From the NCBI GenBank assembly GCA_965240325.2, contig OZ251234.1:1798001-1862000 (forward strand): a stretch of 64,000 nt of DNA, given 5' to 3'. The stretch is from Rebecca billardiae RCC1528 (taxonomy: Eukaryota; Protista; Haptophyta). Both the position numbers and the translations under genes were made by a program. This document shows, one piece after another, positions 39,688-48,875 of this stretch (its first letter is position 1; each line of letters starts with the position of its first letter). A model generated the notes under the pieces. It was not told where the DNA came from. It ran no database searches and saw only the letters and a list, made by a program, of their open reading frames with translations.

Positions 39688-40404
39688 GCAGACTCTGTCT
39701 CCGCAGAGTCATTGAGACGATCGGGCATTACTTGGCGCAGCAGAATCCGCCGGCGCCGGCGGGCATTACTTGGCGCAGCAGAATCAGCCGGCGCCGGCCG
39801 GCGCCGGGCCTGAATCAAGGCCGCACTCAGTCAACATTCGGATGGACTTGAGTCTTAGTGTAAGTGCCATAGCCTGGCCCCGCCTTCCGGACTACTACGT
39901 GCACGTGGGCGGCGTTGAGTCAGGCGGTTGAGTCTTGAGACGGACGCGCCCGGCCCCGGGGCGCTGAAGCCTCACCATCCCGCATCCGGCACTGACGGAT
40001 GCCGCATGGGTTGAGCGTCACCATGCGCGTCAGCAGCAGCGCATGCGCAGTGCCTAAATGCGTCGCAGTCATGTTCGACCGCCGCCGCGTCGAGCCTGCC
40101 TGCGCTCCGTGCGCCGTCACCGCTGCTTGCGCGCGTTCTCCCCAGTGCGCCCTGCGCCTGCGGCGCCGGCGGGCGCTGCTTGCCTGGGCCAGGGCCATCG
40201 GTAGAGTTTGGGGTGTGCGCGATACATCTCGTGGTGGCAATACGCGAGGAGCGAGGTCGCGCCCACGGCGACGACACCGCGCCATGCCAGCCACAGGCGC
40301 CACAAGCCTACAGCCGTCTCCGCCGGCGTCCGCGCGTTCCTGGGCGGCGCCATCGTGGCCGCGCGTGGGTAAACGGCTCCGGTTTGGACGGCAGGGCGAC
40401 CACG

Positions 40405-40565
40405 ATGCATGCACGCGCGGCGGCGGCCGCGGCCGCGGTGCTGCTCCTATGCGTGGCGAGGGGTGCGGACCCCGCGCCAGGGCAGGGCGGCGAGCCCACC
40501 GCCCGCTACATCGTCTCGTTCGCGGGCGGCGGGCGCGCCGGCCGCGCGACGGCTCTGGACGCGAA
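40405..40565 (+). pseudogene. Second truncated duplicate of the subtilase 5' end
   Basis: Same breakpoint (GCTCTGGACGCGAA). The frame stays open to 40806 and overlaps the Sel1 ATG out of frame. Confidence 0.8.
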
Positions 40566-40750
40566 AGCGCCGCGCTGGCTCCGGATCCGGTTGACCCGCA
40601 GTCCGGCCGCGTCACGACTCAGCGAAGAGCCGCCGACCGGGACGGGGAGTCGGCGCGGCCAACGGTCTTCCCCTCATCCTCCCACACCGTCGCCGGGGCG
40701 GCAGCGCACAGTCGTGCGCCTCGACAGGGAGCAAGGAACCGCCGGCACGG

Positions 40751-42337
40751 ATGGACGAAACCAGCGCCGCGGTGAAGCTGCTTCAGCGCAGATCGGCGCG
40801 AGGTGACGCGCGTGCCACGTACCTCCTGGCCGATCGCGTCGCGCGCGGAGACGGCGTCGCTCGGAACGAGCGCGAGGCGATGCGCCTGTTCAACATCGCT
40901 GCCGAGCGCGGGTCTGCGGAAGCTCAGCTTACACTTGGCAACTGCTATGATCAGGGCCTGCTTGGACTGGACCGAAACGCCATGAAGGCCGAGCGCTGGT
41001 ACCGGCTGGCGGCCGAGCAGGGCAACGCAATAGGGCAGTACAATCTGGGCGTGTGCTGTGAGGAGGGCGATGGCGTGCCGCAAGACCTGGCAGAATCCGC
41101 GCGCTGGTACCGGCTGGCGGCTGAGCAGGGCTACGCGAGAGCGCAGTGCGCTCTGGGCTTGCGCTCGTCCAAGGGCGAGGGCGTGCCGCAAGACATGGTC
41201 GAGGCGGTGCGCTGGTTCCGGCTGGCGGCCGAGCAGGGCAACGCATTCGCGCAGTACCGTCTGGGCGTGTGCTGCAAGAATGGTGATGGCGTGCCGCAGG
41301 ACTGGGCCGAGGCGGTGCGCTGGTTCCGGCTGGCGGCCGAGCAGGGCAACGCATTCGCGCAGTACCGTCTGGGCGTGTGCTGCAAGAATGGTGATGGCGT
41401 GCCGCAGGACTGGGCCGAGGCGGTGCGCTGGTTCCGGCTGGCGGCCGAGCAGGGCAATGTGGCTGCGCAGTCCAATCTGGGCTGGTGCTGCAAGCGGGGC
41501 GAGGGCGTGCCGCAGGACTCGGCCGAGGCGGCGCGCTGGTTCCGGCTGGCGGCCGCGCAGGGCGATGCTCATGCGCAGTGTGATCTGGGCGTGTGCTACG
41601 AGAAGGGTGAGCGCGTGTCGCAGGACTTGGACGAGGCAGTGCGCTGGTACCGGCTGGCGGCCGAGCAGGGCTACTCACATGCGCAGCACAATCTGGGCGT
41701 GTGCTACCTGAACGGCAAGGGCGTGCAGCAGGACTGGGCCGAGGCGGTGCGCTGGTTCCGGCTGGCGGCCGAGCAGGGCCACGCGGATGCGCAGTGCTGT
41801 CTGGGCGGGTGCTACCACGAGGGCAAGGGCGTGCCGCAGGACATGGCCGAGCCGGCGCGCTGGTTCGGGCTGGCGGCCGAGCAGGGCCACGCGGGTGCGC
41901 AGTGCTGTCTGGGCGCGTGCTACAACGAGGGCAAGGGCGTGCCGCAGGACATGGCCGAGGCGGTGCACTGGTTCCGGCTGGCTGCCGGTGGTGATCAGCC
42001 ACTGGCGACGTCCCAGCTTGGAGCTCTGACGCTGGCGGGTCTAGTCGTGGAGCGCGATGTGGTGGAGGGCGCGCGGCTGCTGCGCCGTGGGCATGAGCTC
42101 GACAGCAGCACTCACGACCCCTGTGAAGTGCTCATCGCCCAGTTTGCAGGGGACCGCGAGGTCGTGTCCAAATGCTGCCTCGTGTGCGCCAAGACGGACC
42201 GCGTGGGCCTGAAGAAGTGCGACCGATGCCACGTGGCAGTGTTCTGCTCGCACGATCACCTGCGGCGCGCATGGAAGGCGCACAAGCCGCACTGCAACGA
42301 GTGGCGGCAGCAGACTCTGTCTCCGCAGAGTCATTGA
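40751..42337 (+). CDS. Sel1-repeat (12) + MYND zinc finger protein, paralog 3, 528 aa
   Basis: Same architecture. Repeats 5 and 6 are identical 108-bp units. A 7-bp deletion removes the stop used by the other paralogs and adds TLSPQSH. Confidence 0.92.
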   Translation: MDETSAAVKLLQRRSARGDARATYLLADRVARGDGVARNEREAMRLFNIAAERGSAEAQLTLGNCYDQGLLGLDRNAMKAERWYRLAAEQGNAIGQYNLGVCCEEGDGVPQDLAESARWYRLAAEQGYARAQCALGLRSSKGEGVPQDMVEAVRWFRLAAEQGNAFAQYRLGVCCKNGDGVPQDWAEAVRWFRLAAEQGNAFAQYRLGVCCKNGDGVPQDWAEAVRWFRLAAEQGNVAAQSNLGWCCKRGEGVPQDSAEAARWFRLAAAQGDAHAQCDLGVCYEKGERVSQDLDEAVRWYRLAAEQGYSHAQHNLGVCYLNGKGVQQDWAEAVRWFRLAAEQGHADAQCCLGGCYHEGKGVPQDMAEPARWFGLAAEQGHAGAQCCLGACYNEGKGVPQDMAEAVHWFRLAAGGDQPLATSQLGALTLAGLVVERDVVEGARLLRRGHELDSSTHDPCEVLIAQFAGDREVVSKCCLVCAKTDRVGLKKCDRCHVAVFCSHDHLRRAWKAHKPHCNEWRQQTLSPQSH

Positions 42338-42975
42338 GACAATACTTGGTGCAGCAGCATCCGCCGGCGCCGGGCGGCGACGGGCCTGAATCAAGGCCGC
42401 ACTCAGTCAACATTCGGACAGACATGAGCCAGATTAGTGTAAGTGCCATCATCATAGCCTGGTCCCGCCTTCCGGACTACGTACGTACGCGGGCGGCGTT
42501 GAGTCTTAGACTTAGGAGGTTGAGACGGTCGCCACGGGCGCGGACTCACCATCAGCCGCTGACGGATGCCGCATGGGTTGAGCGAGGCCATGCGCGTCAG
42601 CAGCAGGGCACGCGAAAGTGCGTAAATACGTCGCAGTCTATGTTCGACCGCCGCCGCGTCGAGCCTGCCTGCGCTCCGTGCGCCGTCACCGCTGCTCGCG
42701 CGTGTTCTCCCCAGTGCGCCCTGCGCCTGCGGCGCCGGCGGGCGCTGCTTGCCTGGGCCAGGGCCATCGGTAGAAATTTGGGGTGTCCGCTATACATCTC
42801 GTGGTGGCAATACGCGAGGAGCGAGGTCGCGCCCACGGCGACGACACCGCGCCATGCCAGCCACAGGCGCCACAAGCCTACAGCCGTCTCCGCCGGCGTC
42901 CGCGCGTTCCTGGGCGGCGCCATCGTGGCCGCGCGTGGGTAAACCGGCTCCGGTTTGGACGGCAGGGCGACCACG

Positions 42976-45900
42976 ATGCATGCATCACGCGCGGCGGCGG
43001 CCGCGGCCGCGGTGCTGCTCCTGTGCGTGGCGAGGGGCGTGGACCCCACGCCAGCGCAGGGCGGCGGACCCACCGCCCGCTACATCGTCTCCTTCGCGGG
43101 CGACAGGCGCGCCGGCCGCGCCGGCTCGAGGGCCGCGACGGCTCTGGACGCGAACGCGCGGCTCGCGGCAAAGGCGCGCAGGCGCTTCACCGCGGTGCTC
43201 GACGGGTTCGCGGCCGAGCTGACGGCGGAGGAGGTGCGCGAGTGCGAGGACATGGGCGCGAGCGTGACTGTCGACGCGCGCGTGTACGCCGGCGTGGGGC
43301 CCGGCAGGCGTGCGAAGCAGGGCGGGCGAGGCGCGGGCGGCGTCGGGCGCGCGTCGGGCGGCGGCGGCGGCGGCGTGGCGAGCTGGGGCCTGGACCGGAT
43401 CGATCAGCCGGACCTGCCGCTCGACTCGCAGTACTCGCCCACGCTCGACGGCTCGGGCGTGCACGTCTTCGTCATCGACACGGGCGTCAACGCCAACCAC
43501 ATCGACTTTGCCGGCCGCGTGGGCGACGGTTTGAATCTGGTCGACGACGGCCAGCCGGCCGACGACGCCGACGACGGGAACGGGCACGGGACGCACTGCG
43601 CGGGCACGGCGGTGGGCACGGTGCACGGCGTGGCGAAGGGGGCCACGCTGCACGGCGTGCGCGTCCTCGACGACGACGGCAACGGCTTCGTCTCCGACTC
43701 GATCGCCGGACTCGAGTGGGTGGCGGCGCATCCGGCCCGTCTCAAGGTGGCGTCGATGTCGCTGGGCGGCGGGCCCGCGGCGGCGGAGGACGAGGCGGTG
43801 GCGAACGCGGTCGCGCTGGGCGTGACCGTCGTCGTCGCCTCGGGCAACGACGGCGGCGACGCGTGCGACTACTCGCCCGCGCGCGCGGCGGCGGCGATCA
43901 CAGTCGGCTCGACCACCGCCGCCGACGTCGCTTCTTCCTTCTCCAACTCTGGCGCGTGCACGGACATCCAGGCGCCCGGCTCGGAGATCGCGTCGGCGTA
44001 CATCGGCTCGCCGACCGCGACGTCCACGCTCTCCGGCACCTCGATGGCCACGCCGCACGTCTCGGGCGTGTGCGCGCAGCTGCTGCAGCTGCTCAACTCG
44101 CCCGACCCCGCGGCGGTGCGCTCGGCGCTCCTCGAGATGTCGGTGCGAAATCGCATCGCGGACTCGTGGCGGGTGGGCAGGAACGTGCCCAACGTGCTGC
44201 TGCAGGCGGTGACGCAGGCGATCGGCCCGAGCCCGCCGCCCGCGCCGCCCTCGCCGCCCTCGCCGCTGCCGCCGCCGCCCGCGCCGCCGCTCCCGCCCGC
44301 CCTGGAGCTGCAGATTGTGATCCAGCCCGACGACTATCCGGCCGAGGTGCGGCCGAGGGCAGCTGGGGAGATGCGATCTCCCGCGCGGAGCGGGGTGCAG
44401 CGGGGAGCGGGCGCGGCAGGGGCGGCGCGCGTGGGTGCACGGGCGCGTGTGTGAGTGCGTGTGTGTGCAGCCGCCCCGGCGGCCTCAGGCCTGCGGTGCG
44501 CGGGCGCAGCACACACACACGCGCACGCACGCACATGCACACACGCACGCCCATCTCCGCGCGCGCTGAGTGCTGCGAGCGCTGACGGAGCCCCGCGCTC
44601 TCCCCCTCGCGCGCTCGCGGCCGTCCGTTCGCCCGCCCGCCCGCAGATCTCCTGGGAGCTCGTGGGCGCCGGCGCGTCCGAGCCGCTCGCCGCCGCGCAG
44701 CTCGGCTCCAGCTCGGCGCGGCGCGAGTGGAAAGAGTCGCTCCCGCTCGGGCAGTACGTGTGGACGGTGTTTGATTCGTTTGCGGATGGGATCTGCTGCG
44801 CGTACGGCGACGGCTTCTACGAGCTGCGGCTCGACGGCAAGCTGCTGGCGACGGGCGGCGAGTACGGCGCCTCGGAGAGCGTGGCCATCAACGTGGTGGG
44901 CCCATCGCCAAGCCCGTCGCCGGCGCCGGCGCCGCCGCCGAGCCCGCCGCCGCCGCCGCCGCCGAGACCGCCGCCGCCCTCGCCGCCGCCGAGCCCGCCG
45001 CCGCCACGGCCACCGCCGCCGGCATCGCCGCCCCCGAGCCTTCCGCCGCCGCCGCCGCCGTCGCCGCCGCCGAGCCCGCCGCCGCCGCCGCCGAGCCCGC
45101 CGCCCTCGCTGCCGCCCTCGCCACCGCCGCCGCCCCCGTCTCAGCCGCCGCTGAGCCCACCTCCGACGCCACCGCCACCGCCCTCGCCACCGCTCTCGCC
45201 GCCGCCGAGCCCGCCGCCGCGGCGTCCGCCGCCGAGCCCGCCGCCACTCCCTCCGCCGCCGCCCCCTTCGCCGCCGCCGTCGCCCCCGCCCCCGCCGCCG
45301 AGCCAGCCACCCTCGACGCCAGACCCGCCCTCGCCGCCGCCGTTGCCTCCTCCGCTGACGAGTGAGCCGCCGTCTCCGCCGTCCCTGCCGCCGATGCCCC
45401 CTCCGCCGCCGCCCTCGCCGCCACCGTCGCCACCGCCACCGCCGCCGCCGAGCCCGCCGCCGAGCCCGCCGCCGCATCCACCGCCAAGCCTGCCGCCGAG
45501 CCCGCCACCCAGCCCGCCGCCGAGCCCGCCGCCAAGCCCGCCGCCGCCGCCGCCGCCCTCGCCTCCACCCTCGCCGCCGCCGCTGCCTCCGCCACGCCCG
45601 CCGCCAAGCCCGCCGCCATCCCCGCCGCCGCATCCACCGCCCAGGCTGCCGCCCAGCCCGCCGCCCAGCCCGCCGCCGAGCCCACCGCCGCCAAGCCCGT
45701 CGCCGAGCCCGCCGCCTGCACCGCCGCCGAGCCCACCGCCGAGCCCGCCGCCGAGCCCGCCGCCGCCCTCTCCACCGCCTCCGTCCCCGCCTCGCTCGCC
45801 CCCGCCGAGCCCGCCGCGCGCCACCCCGCTCCCCCCGCCCTCGCCCTCGCCGCCCTCGCACCTCTTCTCGCTCGCCATCGTGCCCGACGACTACCCCGAG

Positions 45901-48449
45901 GAGACGAGCTGGGCGCTCTACTCGGACGCGACGGGCGGCTCGGAGGGCGAGGCGGGAGATTGGCGCGAGATTGCGTCCGCGCAGCTGCTGGTGAACGACA
46001 CGCTCGCGCCGAGCGCGGAGCTTGAGCTGGCCGACGGGCGCTACCGGTTTGTCATCGTCGACTGGTCCGCGCCACTGCGGCCTGCGCGCCTCCCCGCGCG
46101 CGCACGTGCGCTCACCACCCCTGTTGGCTGAGGGCATGGACGAGATGCAATCTCAAGGCTGAGTGCATGGCCGAGATGCAATCTCAAATCCAGCGGGGCT
46201 TGGACGAGATGCAATCTCAAATCCAGCGCGGTCGGCAGGCGGCGCGTGCACAGCTGTGAACGGATGACTGCAGCGAGCAGTGCGGCACTCCAAGTGCAGC
46301 GCAGCACCGGTGACGGCGCACCGCTCAGCCGAGCCCGCCCGCCGCCCGCGCCACCGCCGCGCCGCGCGCAGGTACGGTGACGGCATCTGCTGCGTGTTCG
46401 GCGCCGGCAGTTACACGCTCAGCCTCGACGGCGAGACCGTCGCGACGGGCGGACAATTCTTTTATTTCGAGGAGACGGATTTCGACACGCGCAGCTCGCC
46501 GCCCTCCGCGCCGCCGAGCCCGCCCGCGCCGCGCGAGCCGCCGTCGGCGCCGCCCAGCCCGCCCTCGCCGCCGCAGGAGGCGCTGCTCATCCGGATTAGT
46601 CCGGATGATTACCCGCTCGAGGTGAGCTGGACGCTCGAGCGCGACGCGGGCGGCGGCGTGTGGGCGCAGCTGGCCTCGGCCGCGCTCCCGCCGTCCGCCG
46701 AGCCGCAGGAGTGGACGGAGCGGCTGCTGGCGGGCCGGTACAACTTCACCATCCTCGATGAGTACGGCGACGGGCTGTGCTGGTGCGCGCGCGGAGCCGC
46801 ATGGAGCGCCAGGCGCGCCGAGCGCGCCAGGCCACGGCACGATTCCGCGCGTGCGCGCGCGCGCGGCGCCCTCGCGCGGTTGCGGGACCCCACTGCGGCG
46901 GCACGGTCGGCCGCGCGGCTGCGGCTGCGCGAAGAAGGCCGTCGCCTGACTGACCGCGCCTTGCTCGCCGGGCGCCACGCACACCACGCACACCGCCCGC
47001 TGGCCTGCCCTGCTGCGCAGCGAGTGGGGCGCGGGCTCCTACTCAGTGGAGCTGGGCGGGGAGCAGCTTGCAAGCGGAGGGGCGTTCGCAAGCTCAGAGA
47101 GCCGCGTGTTCTTCGCGCTGGCGCAGCCGCTGCCGCCGCCCAGCCCGCCGCCTAGCCCGCCGCCCAGCCCGCCGCCGCCGCCTCCCAGCCCGCCACCCAG
47201 CCCGCCGCCGAGCCCGCCGCCGCCACCGCCCAGCCCGCCGCCGAGCCCGATGCCGCCGCCGCCCAGCCCGCCGCCCAGCCCGCCGCCGCCGCCCCCCAGC
47301 CCGCCACCGAGCCCGCCGCCGTCGAGCCCGCCTCCGAGCCCGCCCCTATCACCGCCGCCGAGCTTGCCGCCAACTCCGCCGCCCAGCCCACCGCCGAGCC
47401 CACCCAGCCCGCCGCCATTCCCGCCACCGCCGCCGCCCACGCCGCCACCAAGCCCGCCACCGCCGAGCCCGCCTCCACGCCCACCGCCCAGCCCGCCGCC
47501 GCCGCCGCCGCCGCCACCGCCCAGCCCGCCTCCCAGCACGCCACCGCAACCCGCAAGGCCGCCGCCACCGCCGCCACCGCCGGCACCACCCCCCTCACCG
47601 CCGCCCTCGCCCACGCCTCCGCCCTCGCCGCAACCCTCGCCGCCGCCCGGCCCGCCGCCGCCCTCGCCACCTCCGAGCCCGCCGCCGCCGAGCGCCCCGC
47701 CAAGCCCGCCGCCAAGCCCGCCGCCCGCCCCGCCCGACCCTCCGCCGCGCCCGCCGCCCAGCCCGCCGCCGCTGCCCCCGCCGCTGCCGCCGATCACTGG
47801 CGACACGAGTATCTCGCGCGTGCGCGCGCAGGCGACGATGGCCGGGCAGCAGACCGACTGGAGCGAGGCCACACAATCCGGCCAGCAGCTCCGCGCCAAC
47901 TTCACCGCGGCCGTGGCGGCGGCGCTCAACCTGAGCGCGCCGGACGTGGAGATACTGGCCGTGCTCGACTCGAGCGTCACCGTGGTCTTCGACGTGCTGC
48001 ACAGCGAGAGCAGCGCGGCCGTCGTGCCGACGGTTGAGGCGCTGGCCGTCGTCGTCGCGGCGTCCGCCAAAGCGATCAGCGCTTCGGTCGAGGCCGCGAC
48101 GCGCACCAGCGTGCTCGCCGTCAGCGTGAGCTCGGTCGTCGCCGTCGAGAGCGGGGCGGCGGACGGCGGGACGGGCGGTGGCGCCGATGGCGCCGATGGC
48201 GATGACGACGACGGCGACGGCGACGGCAATGACGGCGGTGGCGGCGGCGACGGCGGCGGCGGCACGGACCCTCGCGCGGCGAGCGTGCCCACGACGCCGT
48301 TTGTGCAGAGCGTCGGCTTTGCTGTCGTGATCGGGGTTGCGTGCTGCCTCGTGCTCCTCGCATGCGCTGGCATTGCGCTCTACAGCATGAAGGCGCTTGT
48401 GCAGCAGCGGACCACGCAGACCATCCGCATCGGCGGGGCGCGGTTATGA
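42976..48449 (+). CDS. Membrane-anchored S8 (proteinase K-like) subtilase with three repeated DGICC modules and polyproline linkers; 4 exons, about 1542 aa
   Basis: Signal peptide; catalytic motifs [20 protein letters not shown] and [10 protein letters not shown]. Exons 42976-44346, 44647-46064, 46372-46782 and 47021-48449 join through GT-AG introns in phases 0, 2, 2, restoring PDDYPAE|ISW, DW|YGDGICC and GDGLCC|EWG. C-terminal [26 protein letters not shown]. Confidence 0.88.
46127..46230. repeat. Intronic triplet of the palindromic motif GAGATGCAATCTC
   Basis: Copies at 46142, 46173 and 46206 inside subtilase intron 2. Confidence 0.85.
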
Positions 48450-48693
48450 GCTGCGCGCGCATCATGGCGCACGCCCCCCCCGAAAGCCTGCTTTGAAAGC
48501 ATCATATGCATCAGTCACAGTCGCGCGAGCGATCGACAGACAGCATCGTCATCCAGCCGATGATATATCGTCGTCGTGGCGGATGCATTCATGCATGCTG
48601 TGATATATGTAGTGTCGTCGTCGGACGAGTCGCCATATAAGACTGCTGCTGACTGCGGCCGCGGCGTGGGTTCGTGTCCTGCGATACTGATGG

Positions 48694-48696
<3 letters not shown>

Positions 48697-48760
<64 letters not shown>

Positions 48761-48769
48761 TATACATAC

Positions 48770-48830
<61 letters not shown>
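48697..48830. repeat. (TA)n/(TACA)n compound microsatellite between convergent genes
   Basis: Read directly from the sequence; lies between stop codons at 48449 and 48876. Confidence 0.97.
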
Positions 48831-48875
48831 CTACTGCATGTGACACTGCTCATTGACAGCTAGGCTACTACAACA

